64,000 nucleotides of DNA from Bacteroidales bacterium (lineage in GTDB: Bacteria > Bacteroidota > Bacteroidia > Bacteroidales > JACABE01). Of this stretch, positions 9,056 through 18,887 are shown one piece after another. A program made the translations under genes and the position numbers. Position 1 is the first letter of the stretch. Each line of letters opens with the position of its first letter. The notes beneath the pieces are model-generated. The model saw nothing but the letters and a program-made list of their open reading frames with translations, was not told the DNA's origin and ran no database searches. The stretch covers positions 17,030 to 81,029 of the forward strand of contig JBBRCQ010000005.1 of assembly GCA_038204725.1 (NCBI GenBank), read 5' to 3'.

Positions 9056-10240
9056 CTATTTAAGATCTATCGGTTTTGAGAAAGCAGGATTGGTAATAAA
9101 TTCATTATCCGTTAAAGTATTCAGAAAAGCTTTTAATTGTTGTTTTTCGATAACTGTGAGTTGCACACCACCATTCATGGCTTGATGCATCAATGAATTA
9201 ACATAAGGTGATAAAATAACACCTTCGCTATAAAAATCCAGCACCTGGTCAATGGTTTGAAACCTTCCATCGTGCATATAGGGTGCTGTTAACAATACAT
9301 TTCTTAAAGTCGGGGCTTTGTATGCACCTTTGTCTGAAATTACGTTAGTTACAGAAAATCTATCCCTGGTGTCGTTGAAAATACTGTCTTTGCCATTGTT
9401 GTAAAACAAATTGGTGGTAAACATAGGATTTCCACTTCCTCCATGACAATGAAAACAATCAGCACCATTTTCGGTGGTAAACAGTACATAACCCTGGAGT
9501 TCTTCGGCTGTTAGATTGGTTTCTCCACGCAAATATTTGTCAAATTTACTGTTACCCGAAATTAAAGTCCTTACAAACTGTGCAATGGCTTTACTAATTC
9601 TATCGTAAGTAACTTCTTCGGTACCAAAAGCTGACTTAAATTTAGGCGGATACATCGTTACACTGGCAATGGTTTGGACTGTTTTTTCGATGCTTCCGTT
9701 CAATTCATGCGGAGCTGCAATTGCCATCCAAACCAATGATTCAACGTTTTTGAAATGATATTGCGGTAATGCAGGAACTCCATAAGCTGCATTCCCTAAC
9801 TGAGAATTATTTTGATTGATAAATCCGTTCCACAAATAGCCATTGTTGTTAAAAACAAGATTTATCATGGGCATCATAAAATGAGGTGTAGGAATACCGG
9901 TCAATCCGAATGTTTTCCCGTTTGGAAATTTAGGATTGTTCATTCCCACTTCAAAACCATTGGCCTGCACATGGCAAGTTGCACAACTCATCAGAGAATC
10001 AGTATGTAATCTACCCGAAAGTCTTCCATCATAAAATAAATATCGGCCTAAGCTTACGCCTTCAACCGTCATGGGATTATCATCCGGAATGTTTAGTAAA
10101 GTTGGGAAATATTTAGGTATCTTTATGGTATAAGGTGTTGGTTGCGTTGTAACAGGAGGCTGCGGTTCGCTATCTTTCTTGCAGCCCCACAAGAGAACAA
10201 GTATAATAATTAAAAAATATGTAGATACAGTTTGTTTCAA
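9056..10240 (-). CDS. di-haem cytochrome c peroxidase family lipoprotein
   Basis: Two CxxCH haem sites (CATCH, CFHCH) and the PTLRNV motif. Lipoprotein-type signal (LLWGC). TTG start at 10238-10240. Confidence 0.85.
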   Translation of the reverse strand: MKQTVSTYFLIIILVLLWGCKKDSEPQPPVTTQPTPYTIKIPKYFPTLLNIPDDNPMTVEGVSLGRYLFYDGRLSGRLHTDSLMSCATCHVQANGFEVGMNNPKFPNGKTFGLTGIPTPHFMMPMINLVFNNNGYLWNGFINQNNSQLGNAAYGVPALPQYHFKNVESLVWMAIAAPHELNGSIEKTVQTIASVTMYPPKFKSAFGTEEVTYDRISKAIAQFVRTLISGNSKFDKYLRGETNLTAEELQGYVLFTTENGADCFHCHGGSGNPMFTTNLFYNNGKDSIFNDTRDRFSVTNVISDKGAYKAPTLRNVLLTAPYMHDGRFQTIDQVLDFYSEGVILSPYVNSLMHQAMNGGVQLTVIEKQQLKAFLNTLTDNEFITNPAFSKPIDLK

Positions 10241-10266
10241 GTTAGCTGTCTTTTTTAAGGATTAAT

Positions 10267-10343
10267 GGTTATTGGTTTGGTTATTGAGTTATTGAGTTAT
10301 TGAGTTATTGAGTTATTGAGTTATTAGGTTATTAGGTTACTGA
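10267..10343. repeat. octamer tandem array (GTTATTGA x5, GTTATTAG x2, GTTACTGA)
   Basis: Exact units from 10280 to 10343, preceded by degenerate GGTTATTG GTTTG. The last unit runs into the conserved leader hairpin. Confidence 0.95.
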
Positions 10344-10377
10344 GCTTTTGCTCAGTCCCGAATTACAATTTTCGTCG
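10336..10377. repeat. single copy of the dispersed repeat core (leader hairpin plus CCCGA-nnn-ACAATTT)
   Basis: GTTACTGAGCTTTTGCTCAGTCCCGAATTACAATTTTCGTCG is near-identical to 7666-7704 and 47142-47180. Confidence 0.85.
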
Positions 10378-10433
10378 CACTATTCACTATTCACTCTTCA
10401 CTATTCACTCTTCACTATTCACTCTTCACTATT
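10378..10433. repeat. heptamer tandem array CACTATT/CACTCTT x8, overlapping the stop codon of the oxidoreductase gene
   Basis: Eight contiguous 7-nt units. The CDS stop (TGA, 10419-10421) and its last four codons lie inside the array. Confidence 0.95.
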
Positions 10434-13358
10434 TAAAGCTTCAAACATAATCTCCACCGGATGTAAAGCTATCCTACCTGTTCCGTCTTTAATCTGACAA
10501 CGGCAACTAGTGCCCAATGCAGCAATCGTTATCTCTTCGGATGTTGCTCTGATTGCAGGAAACAAGACCAACTCCCCTACTTTCATCGAAACTTCATAAT
10601 GTTCTTTTTCATACCCAAAAGAACCGGCCATGCCACAACATCCCGATGGAATTTCCTCTACAGAATAGTTTTCGGGAAATGCAAGCATCTTTTTACTGGG
10701 TAAAGTAGAAGCTATGGATTTTTGTTGGCAATGTCCGTGTAATTTTATTTGTTTCGTAACTTTGCTAAAGCTTTCCTTACTTATTTTTCCTTTTTCAACT
10801 TCTTTCATAAAGAACTCATCAAACATCAACGTATTTTCTGCTAATTTTAGTGTAGCAGGTTTTAATTCTTTTCCAACCAAATCAGGGTATTCATCTCTGA
10901 ATGCAAGAATGGCGGATGGCTCAATACCAATTAAAGGAGTTGTATCTGTAATAATATCTTTGAGATAAACTACATTTTGTATCGCAATTTTTTTGGCAGT
11001 TCTTAGCAATCCTTTCGAAAGATATGTTCGTCCGCTTTCAAGATGTTTTGGTACAATGGCTTCATAGCCTAATTTTTCAAGCAATCGGATTGCTTTTATG
11101 CCAATATCTGATTCATTGAAATTGGTAAACTCATCGGCAAACAAATACACTTTACCGTTTGGATATATACTTGTTAATTTGTTTTTTACAACCCATTTTT
11201 TGAATGTAATTTTCGACAATAAAGGAATAGATCTTTTTTGTGAAAAACCAAGAATTGATTTAGCAATACCTGATGTAAATGCATTGGACATCAAAAAATT
11301 AGTTACAGGTATCAGCAATGAACCCAATGCATTGATACGTGAAATATAAGCAATAGCACGTGTTCGCAAAGGAATACCATTGGCATCATAGTAATGCTGC
11401 AAAAATTCGGCTTTTAGTTTTGCTACATCAACACTTGAAGGGCATTCAGATTTACAAGCTTTACATGACAAACACAAATCGAAAACTTCGTATATTTCGT
11501 TATGATCAAACGGGTTTTTTTTAACTGAATTTGTAAGAAATTCACGCAAAATATTAGCTCTAGCCCTTGTGGTAGCATTTTCATTACGGGTTGCCATATA
11601 ACTCGGGCACATGGTGCCACCAATAATTTCCGATTTACGACAATCGCCTGAACCATTGCACTTTTCTGCTGCACGCAATATCCCTTGTTCTTTTGAAAAA
11701 TCAAAAACAGTGTCTATCTTTCTGAATTCTTTTCCTGGTTCATATCTGAGAAAAGTATTCATAGGTGGGGTATTCACGATTTTACCCGGATTAAAAATAT
11801 GATGAGAATCCCAGGTTTCTTTAATTTCCTGTATAATTTTATAATTCTTTTCACCAATCATCATTGGAATAAATTCACCTCTCAGCCTGCCATCACCATG
11901 TTCGCCACTGAGTGAGCCTTTATATTTTTTGACAAGTTGAGCAGTTTCTAATGCTATGGTATGAAACAATTCTACATCTTTTGAGTCTTTCAGGTTGAGT
12001 ACCGGACGCAAATGCAATTCACCGGTGGCTATATGCGCATAATACACACATTTTAAATTGTATTTATCGAGTATAGCTTGAAATTCATCCACATATTCAG
12101 GTAACAATAATGGATTTACAGCAGTATCCTCAATTACGGGAACTGGTTTTGCATCTCCGGGTAAGTTAGACAAAACACCCAATCCTGCTTTCCTCAAATT
12201 CCAAACCTTTTTGATATCTTCTCCAAAAATAACAGGAAAATGATAACCATATCCGGCTGCTCTCATTTCTTTTTCAAGATTTTCGGTTGCCATTGAAACT
12301 GCTTCTTCTGATTCCATTGCAAATTCAACTATAAGCATTGCTTTAGGATTACCTTGTATAAAGAAACGGTTTTTACGTTGTTCGATATTATCTTTGGTAC
12401 AATCCATAATTATATCGTCCATCAATTCAATGGCTACTGGATGATGCTTGAGTGCAATAATATTACCATATAATGCTGCTTTTAAGCTATTACAATGAAT
12501 ACAAACCACTGCAACATGCCTGGGTGGCAAAGCAACAAGATTTAGTGTAATTTCTGTTGAGAATGCCAATGTGCCTTCTGATCCTGCTAAAAGTTTGGAA
12601 AAGTTAAATGCCTTTTCATTTTCAGAAAAAGGCTGCATATCCATTAACAAGTCAATTGCATAACCTGTATTTCGACGTTCCAATGATTTATCAGGATATT
12701 GTGCAAGTATTTCTGCCCTGATTTCTTCATTGCTTAAAACTGCATTGATTTGCTGATAAATTTTATTTTCTAATGTTTGACCAGATAGTTTAGATGCAAA
12801 TTCAGTTTTATTGAGTGATTGAAAGGTTACCTCCGAACCATCACTCAAGAGTGCTTTTACTGCGAGTGTATGTTCACGTGTACTGCCATATACCAGCGAA
12901 TGGGCACCACATGAATTATTACCGACCATGCCACCTATCATACATCTGTTGGATGTAGAAGTTTCCGGACCAAAAAATAGACCTTTCGGAGCAAGAATTT
13001 TATTGAGTTCATCCAACACAACGCCGGGTTCTACTTTAACCCAACGCTCTGTTTCATTGATTTCTAGAATACGACACATATATTTTGAAACATCCACAAC
13101 AATGCCATTACCAACTACTTGCCCGGCAAGTGATGTACCGGCAGTTCGAGGAATTAAAGCTATATTATGTTTATTGGCAAATAATATAAGTAACCGGATA
13201 TCTTCTTTATCTTTAGGACGAACCACTGCAATAGGTATCTCACGATAAGCTGATGCATCCGTTGCATAAAGTAGCCGCATGGTTTCATCCGTATATATAT
13301 CGCCTTTAATTTCGTTACTTAAAGTTTGTATTGCAAGAAGTGTTTGTGATGAGTCCAT
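10419..13358 (-). CDS. FAD-binding plus (Fe-S)-binding oxidoreductase (YdiJ / GlcD-GlcF-fusion-like)
   Basis: 979 aa. N-terminal FAD-linked oxidase (PCMH-type) region, central Cys clusters (CLSCKACKSECP, CNGSGDCRKS), and a C-terminal CCG-like Cys-rich region (SGCCGMAGSFGY). Confidence 0.85.
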   Translation of the reverse strand: MDSSQTLLAIQTLSNEIKGDIYTDETMRLLYATDASAYREIPIAVVRPKDKEDIRLLILFANKHNIALIPRTAGTSLAGQVVGNGIVVDVSKYMCRILEINETERWVKVEPGVVLDELNKILAPKGLFFGPETSTSNRCMIGGMVGNNSCGAHSLVYGSTREHTLAVKALLSDGSEVTFQSLNKTEFASKLSGQTLENKIYQQINAVLSNEEIRAEILAQYPDKSLERRNTGYAIDLLMDMQPFSENEKAFNFSKLLAGSEGTLAFSTEITLNLVALPPRHVAVVCIHCNSLKAALYGNIIALKHHPVAIELMDDIIMDCTKDNIEQRKNRFFIQGNPKAMLIVEFAMESEEAVSMATENLEKEMRAAGYGYHFPVIFGEDIKKVWNLRKAGLGVLSNLPGDAKPVPVIEDTAVNPLLLPEYVDEFQAILDKYNLKCVYYAHIATGELHLRPVLNLKDSKDVELFHTIALETAQLVKKYKGSLSGEHGDGRLRGEFIPMMIGEKNYKIIQEIKETWDSHHIFNPGKIVNTPPMNTFLRYEPGKEFRKIDTVFDFSKEQGILRAAEKCNGSGDCRKSEIIGGTMCPSYMATRNENATTRARANILREFLTNSVKKNPFDHNEIYEVFDLCLSCKACKSECPSSVDVAKLKAEFLQHYYDANGIPLRTRAIAYISRINALGSLLIPVTNFLMSNAFTSGIAKSILGFSQKRSIPLLSKITFKKWVVKNKLTSIYPNGKVYLFADEFTNFNESDIGIKAIRLLEKLGYEAIVPKHLESGRTYLSKGLLRTAKKIAIQNVVYLKDIITDTTPLIGIEPSAILAFRDEYPDLVGKELKPATLKLAENTLMFDEFFMKEVEKGKISKESFSKVTKQIKLHGHCQQKSIASTLPSKKMLAFPENYSVEEIPSGCCGMAGSFGYEKEHYEVSMKVGELVLFPAIRATSEEITIAALGTSCRCQIKDGTGRIALHPVEIMFEALNSEE

Positions 13359-13487
13359 AGTAATCCTGATAAAATATCTGATTGATATAAAATATAATTT
13401 TTCACCTTTTAAAATAGGTTGTATAATTACAATGCAAATATATAGCTTATTCTTATAAGAAAATAGCTATTTGCTATTTTATACCAC

Positions 13488-13517
13488 AAAAAAAAAGAGG
13501 TAAATCACCTCTTTTTT
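13488..13517 (-). terminator. bidirectional rho-independent terminator
   Basis: AAAAAAGAGGT-aaatc-ACCTCTTTTTT, with an A-run on one side and a T-run on the other. Lies 36 nt downstream of the stop of 13553..14218. Confidence 0.6.
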
Positions 13518-13552
13518 ATATTCCAACTGTTATATTTTTAAATTTATATAAA

Positions 13553-14218
13553 TCAAAACATATCAGCAAATTCTAATTTTGTAGCTTCATTATACTTAAA
13601 TCTTGATTTTGCAATTGATATTGCAAAATCAGAATAAATTTTTTTTAAGACTGAATTACCTGTTAGAAAATATTTTATAGATGTTTCAAAACCATTGTCA
13701 GAACAATGAATATAATTTTGATGGTGATCTTTGATGAAGAATTTATCAATACCTTCAATTGAAGTAGAAATATATTTTTTAGTAAACTCGTTTAAAATAT
13801 TACCTGAAGTTTTTTTATTTAATTCTTTAAATGAATGCTCACCCATAATAAATACTTCATTTGCAAATATGTAAACAGATTTTATTTTTGTATTTTGAAG
13901 GGTTTCACGATATCCAATGAAAACAATGTCATAGTTTCCAAAAACCAATGTACTAAAACAAAATGGTAATCCTTTTTTATGAATTAATTCACTGGAAGTT
14001 AATGAATGAGCACTATTTTCATATTGAATGGTTTCAGAAGTTTCAAATTTTTTAATTTCAGGATCTTTGTTTAAAAAAATAAGAATTTGAGTAAAAAAAT
14101 CATTTTTAAAACATCTTAAAAATGGACTTCGATAGCCAAATTTTCTATATAAATCAACATACTGGAAACTATATTTTCCATAAATACATTTAGTGATAAA
14201 CATTCTGATTTTTAACAT
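13553..14218 (-). CDS. hypothetical protein (orphan, no recognisable domain)
   Basis: 221-aa ORF with no competing ORF. Very AT-rich and bracketed by two terminators. I recognise no motif. Confidence 0.5.
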   Translation of the reverse strand: MLKIRMFITKCIYGKYSFQYVDLYRKFGYRSPFLRCFKNDFFTQILIFLNKDPEIKKFETSETIQYENSAHSLTSSELIHKKGLPFCFSTLVFGNYDIVFIGYRETLQNTKIKSVYIFANEVFIMGEHSFKELNKKTSGNILNEFTKKYISTSIEGIDKFFIKDHHQNYIHCSDNGFETSIKYFLTGNSVLKKIYSDFAISIAKSRFKYNEATKLEFADMF

Positions 14219-14369
14219 ATTTTATTTATTTTGAAACTTCACTATTATTCGTTAAATCTGTCTGGACTTAATTCTTTAAATAAGTCTATATTCAAATTTA
14301 AATTATTAAAAACGAACAAAAATGTTTCTACAAAAATAATATAAAAATTTAAAAATACTAATTTTATTT

Positions 14370-14411
14370 AAAAAAAAGGTTAAAATTTATTTACAAATTT
14401 TAACCTTTTTT
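14370..14411 (-). terminator. bidirectional rho-independent terminator after the acyl-CoA dehydrogenase/etf operon
   Basis: 11-bp stem GGTTAAAATTT (14378-14388) / AAATTTTAACC (14395-14405). An A-run lies upstream and T6 downstream. Confidence 0.6.
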
Positions 14412-14435
14412 CTTAACCAATTAATTTTTAATATA

Positions 14436-16142
14436 TTAATACTTATAATAGCCTAATTCTTTAACATCAAAATTATTAATAAAACTTACTTTTTGAGTAT
14501 TTTCAGTTTTACCTAAGCGAATAAATATTTCTGCTGATTTCTTGAACCTTTCATTGCGATTGGCATCAAAGAGCAATAAGTATCCGATAATTATATTTCC
14601 AGCCATCTCAACTAAACGACGAGCATGGAAATCGTATAACTCAGAACATTCAGCAGCTGTAACTTTCTCAATTGTTTTTCCAAACTGATCGGTCATTTTG
14701 ATTAAAGAATATTTTAAATATTCCAATTCAGGTTTCACAGCAATTTGCTCATTTTCGCGTAATATTTTTAAATACATACCGTTGCTGACACCACGAATAG
14801 CTGCAACAACCTGTAATTGAGAAGTTCCTTCATAAATTGTAGTAATACGAGCATCTCTGTAAATGCGTTCAATTGGAAAATCTTTCATAAAGCCTGTACC
14901 GCCATGTACCTGAAGGGAATCGTAAGCAATTTGGTTACAATATTCGCTTGAAAACAATTTCAACAAAGGAGTAAAAACATCTGCAATTTTCTGATTGAGT
15001 TTAAAATCGTTTCTTTCTTCTGGAGTTAAGCTTCTGTCTTCTGCAATAAAACTGTAGGATTTATAAATATCAACATATCTGCAGGTTTCGTATAACAAAG
15101 TACGAATGGCATCCGTTTTAGTTTTCATATTTGTAAGCATCTCATAAACGGCAGGATATTCGATAATTGCTTTTCCAAACTGTTCTCTTTCATGGGCATA
15201 TTTCAAAGCTTCACGATAAGCTGCTTCAGCAATACCAACAGATTGTGCGCCAACACCTAAACGTGCAGAGTTCATCAATGACATCACATATTTTATCAGA
15301 CCCATTTTGCGATCACCCACCAGTTTGGCTGGTGCATCTGTAAAAACTAATTCGCAGGTTGGAGAACCTTTAATACCCAGTTTGTTTTCGATACGGCGAA
15401 CAATCATTGCGTTGTCTTTTCGATCGTATACAAACAATGATAACCCACGGGCATCTGAAGTTCCTGCTTCAGAACGGGCTAAAACCAATGAAACATCAGC
15501 ATCACCATTGGTAATAAAACGTTTTACTCCATTTAATTTCCAGGTTCCTTTTTTATCATCGAAAGTAGCTTTCAGTTGAACTGCTTGCAAATCAGAACCG
15601 GCATCAGGTTCTGTTAAATCCATTGCAGCAGTTGCTCCATCACGGTTGAAACGGGGTAAAAATTCGTCTTTTATTTCTTCTGAACCAAATTCGTGAATGG
15701 TTTCAGCACAATCCTGTAATCCCCATATATTTGCAAATCCAGCATCTGCACGGGCTACTAATTCAGCCGACATTACGTAAGGTACAATTGAGAAATTCAA
15801 ACCACCATATTTGCGTGGTAATGAAATGCCAACAATCCCTGCCTGCACCATGGTATCGTAATTTTGCTGCGTTCCTTTTGCATATTTTACCTGATTGTTT
15901 TCTAATACAGGTCCATCATGGTCAACGGATTCAGCATTTTCTGCAATAATATTTCCTGCAATTTCACCTATAATTTCAAGTACTTTGTCATAATTATCCA
16001 TCGTATCTTCAAAATCGACGGGAGCGAAATCGTAGGTATCTTTATCAGCAAAATTTCTTTCTTTCAAGCCTACCATTTTCTCCATTAAAGGATGCGTAAG
16101 ATGAAATTTTAAGTCTTCGTTATCTGTATAAAAATTTGCCAT
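14436..16142 (-). CDS. acyl-CoA dehydrogenase family protein (long form)
   Basis: 568 aa with ACAD middle and C-terminal signatures (LTEPDAGSD, IYEGTSQLQ). Immediately downstream of etfA/etfB. Confidence 0.9.
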   Translation of the reverse strand: MANFYTDNEDLKFHLTHPLMEKMVGLKERNFADKDTYDFAPVDFEDTMDNYDKVLEIIGEIAGNIIAENAESVDHDGPVLENNQVKYAKGTQQNYDTMVQAGIVGISLPRKYGGLNFSIVPYVMSAELVARADAGFANIWGLQDCAETIHEFGSEEIKDEFLPRFNRDGATAAMDLTEPDAGSDLQAVQLKATFDDKKGTWKLNGVKRFITNGDADVSLVLARSEAGTSDARGLSLFVYDRKDNAMIVRRIENKLGIKGSPTCELVFTDAPAKLVGDRKMGLIKYVMSLMNSARLGVGAQSVGIAEAAYREALKYAHEREQFGKAIIEYPAVYEMLTNMKTKTDAIRTLLYETCRYVDIYKSYSFIAEDRSLTPEERNDFKLNQKIADVFTPLLKLFSSEYCNQIAYDSLQVHGGTGFMKDFPIERIYRDARITTIYEGTSQLQVVAAIRGVSNGMYLKILRENEQIAVKPELEYLKYSLIKMTDQFGKTIEKVTAAECSELYDFHARRLVEMAGNIIIGYLLLFDANRNERFKKSAEIFIRLGKTENTQKVSFINNFDVKELGYYKY

Positions 16143-16147
16143 TTATG

Positions 16148-17170
16148 TTATTTTGAATTTTCTTTATAATACTTAATCATTTTTGGTAAAACATCACCCA
16201 CATTCGCTATAATTGTATAGTCTGCTATTTTATTAATAGGCGCTTTCGGATCATTATTAATAGAAATAATTTTTGCACTTTGATCCATACCTGCCCTATG
16301 CTGGACAGCTCCTGAAATTCCACAGGCAATATATAATTTAGGTCGAACGGTGATGCCGGTTTGTCCAATTTGGCGGGCATGATCAACAAGACCGGCATCA
16401 ACTGCAGCTCTTGAAGCGCCTACTTCACCTCCGATAGCTTCGGCTAACTGATAAAGCAAATCAAAATTTTCTTTGGTAGCAACACCATAACCCCCTGCAA
16501 CAATAATCTGTGCACCTTTGATATTTATTTTCTGACCTTCAATATGTCTTTCCAATATTTCTACCAAAAAATCATCTTCTTTTAAGAATTTAACAAGGTT
16601 GATTTTTTTTAATTTACCTTTATAGTTCGCATCATATATTTCCTGTTTCATCACGCCTTCTCTGACAGTAGCCATTTGTGGACGGGTATCAGGATTAATG
16701 ATGGTAGCAATAATATTTCCTCCAAAAGCAGGACGAATTTGATACAATAAATTTTTATATTCTTTTTGGGTGCGATTTTCGGTATGATTCCCAATTTCTA
16801 AACTGGTACAATCGGCTGTTAATCCACAACGCAAAGCTGAAGCAACTCTCGGGGCAAGGTCTCTGCCTACTGAAGTAGCTCCAAATATAGCAATTTCCGG
16901 TTTTTCTTCTTTAAAAAGATTTATAACAATGGATGCATGTGGCAATGTCGTGTATGGGAATAAACGTGTTTCCTGGGCCAAATGAATGACATCAACACCA
17001 TATGGAAATAATTGATTTTCGACATTTTGAATTTTATCTCCAATAACAACAGCTTCGAGTTTTATAGAAAGTTCGTTGGCCAGTTTTCGTCCTTTGGATA
17101 ACAATTCAAGACTCACGTCTGCAATTAAACCATCTTCATTAACTTCACAATAAACAAAAATATTATTCAT
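16148..17170 (-). CDS. etfA: electron transfer flavoprotein subunit alpha
   Basis: C-terminal FAD-binding motif (PKLYIACGISGAVQHRAGM), 340 aa, follows etfB. Confidence 0.9.
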   Translation of the reverse strand: MNNIFVYCEVNEDGLIADVSLELLSKGRKLANELSIKLEAVVIGDKIQNVENQLFPYGVDVIHLAQETRLFPYTTLPHASIVINLFKEEKPEIAIFGATSVGRDLAPRVASALRCGLTADCTSLEIGNHTENRTQKEYKNLLYQIRPAFGGNIIATIINPDTRPQMATVREGVMKQEIYDANYKGKLKKINLVKFLKEDDFLVEILERHIEGQKINIKGAQIIVAGGYGVATKENFDLLYQLAEAIGGEVGASRAAVDAGLVDHARQIGQTGITVRPKLYIACGISGAVQHRAGMDQSAKIISINNDPKAPINKIADYTIIANVGDVLPKMIKYYKENSK

Positions 17171-17204
17171 ATATTTAATTAAATTTTATCAATAAAAAAA
17201 GAGA

Positions 17205-18077
17205 TTAACCAATGATGTGTGAACTGATAAGTTCCTGCATTAAACTTTCAATGTCTTTATCAGAATCTGTTAAAAGAATGGTTTCTTTTTGTTGCAATAT
17301 AACATTTTCAATCTTTTTAACTTTGGTGGGTGAACCCGACAATCCAAGTAATTCAAAATCAGCATCTAAATCAGCAACTGTCCATTCTTCCAATTGAAGA
17401 TAAGGTCTTTTGGTATAAAGTTCTGTGTAATCTCTGGTTTCTTCCTGTAATTCTGTCACAGTACGGGCATGTTTATGTTTCATCAGCAATTTAGCATTGC
17501 GTGGTCTACATTCAGGTGCTGAACTATGAACAGTTATAAGTGCAGGTAATGTTGATTTTACAACTTCAATACCTCTTTCAAGTCTTCTTTTGATAGTAAT
17601 TTGTGTTTCGTCAACAGAAATAACTTCTTCGGCATAGGTAATTTGAGGAATACCTAACTTTTCGGCAGTTTGTGGACCGACCTGAGCGGTATCACCATCA
17701 ATAGCCTGACGACCAGACAAAACCAGATGAAATGGAGCTAATTTTTTAACTGCTAATGAAATAGCATAAGAGGTTGCTAATGTATCAGAACCTGCAAATT
17801 TTCTATCAGTAATCAAATATCCGCAGTCAGCACCGCGGTAAATGGATTCACGGATTATTTCTGCTGCTCTGGGTGGTCCCATGGTTAAAATAATTACTTC
17901 TGCACCTTTTATTTTGCTTTTGATATGAAGTGCCATTTCCAATGCATTCAAATCTTCAGGGTTATAAATAGCAGGTAATGCAGCACGGTTTACAGTTCCG
18001 TCAGCCTTCATGGCATCTTTTCCAACATTTCTGGTATCAGGAACCTGTTTAGCTAAAACTACAATTCTAAAACTCAT
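17205..18077 (-). CDS. etfB: electron transfer flavoprotein subunit beta
   Basis: MSFRIVVLAKQVPD N-terminus and LVLSGRQAIDGDTAQVGP motif. Confidence 0.9.
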   Translation of the reverse strand: MSFRIVVLAKQVPDTRNVGKDAMKADGTVNRAALPAIYNPEDLNALEMALHIKSKIKGAEVIILTMGPPRAAEIIRESIYRGADCGYLITDRKFAGSDTLATSYAISLAVKKLAPFHLVLSGRQAIDGDTAQVGPQTAEKLGIPQITYAEEVISVDETQITIKRRLERGIEVVKSTLPALITVHSSAPECRPRNAKLLMKHKHARTVTELQEETRDYTELYTKRPYLQLEEWTVADLDADFELLGLSGSPTKVKKIENVILQQKETILLTDSDKDIESLMQELISSHIIG

Positions 18078-18277
18078 ATTTGTTATTTAGTTAAATTTTC
18101 TTCAAATAGTTTGCAAATTTAAATCTTTCTGATAAATATAACAAATTTATAATTTATCCCGGACTTTAAAAACTAACAATATTGAATGTTTGATTGCATT
18201 TTATATCCAAAATATATAAAATTTTATTAGGATTTTTATCTGTTTGTTCGTATATTTATACCCTTAATATTTAAAAA

Positions 18278-18754
18278 ATGAATATATTTAATAACAAAGG
18301 GATGATGCTTTTTCCAAATCCAAAAAAGGATAGAAAAGAAAGTGATAAAATTATAGTTGTAAAAGAATGTTTTTGTAGTAATGGACATAATTTAGTCAAC
18401 AAAAGAGTAAATTTTAATGGCTTTGATGGTATCTTATTAAAAGCTTCACATAAAGATGAACATGGATTTGTTGGTTTAAGTCCTGTTTTTGGCGACAAAA
18501 GTCGTATTTTTATGGATTTGGATGTCAAAACTGATGATGTTTTAAATTTATATTGTCCACATTGCGATGTACCTTTGCCTATATACTCCTCCTGTAGTTG
18601 CGGAGAAAATATTGTTGCTTTATTTAGTACACCTAAAGTCGAATTTGCAAATTGTATTGGTATTTGTAATAAAGTTGATTGTGTAAATGCAGAAATTATC
18701 AGCGAAAACAAAATGATTTCAATCACAATGATTGACCCAACAATGTTTTATTAA
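18278..18754 (+). CDS. hypothetical Cys-rich (probably zinc-binding) protein
   Basis: 158 aa with paired Cys motifs (CFCSNGH, CPHCD, CSCGEN, CIGICNKVDC) and a normal charged composition. The fully overlapping antisense ORF 18271..18726 looks like a shadow. Confidence 0.5.
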   Translation: MNIFNNKGMMLFPNPKKDRKESDKIIVVKECFCSNGHNLVNKRVNFNGFDGILLKASHKDEHGFVGLSPVFGDKSRIFMDLDVKTDDVLNLYCPHCDVPLPIYSSCSCGENIVALFSTPKVEFANCIGICNKVDCVNAEIISENKMISITMIDPTMFY

Positions 18755-18887
18755 TGCAATCTTTTAAAAAATTTATTAAATTTGCATCAATATATAACTT
18801 AGCTTTAAAATTAATAGACACAAAGAAAAAATAAGAAGATTTATAAAGTAACAAGTCATCTTATCTTTCCTTTGTTGTTTAGTATTT

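Noticed and set aside
13359-14435. Calling the orphan-gene islet a mobile element or genomic island
   Set aside because: No integrase, transposase, flanking direct repeats or tRNA target is present. The only evidence is AT-richness and the terminators.
18271-18726. 151-aa minus-strand ORF fully overlapping the 158-aa plus-strand ORF
   Set aside because: Its translation is leucine/serine/isoleucine-rich and low in charge, typical of an antisense shadow. The plus-strand ORF has paired Cys motifs and a normal composition.
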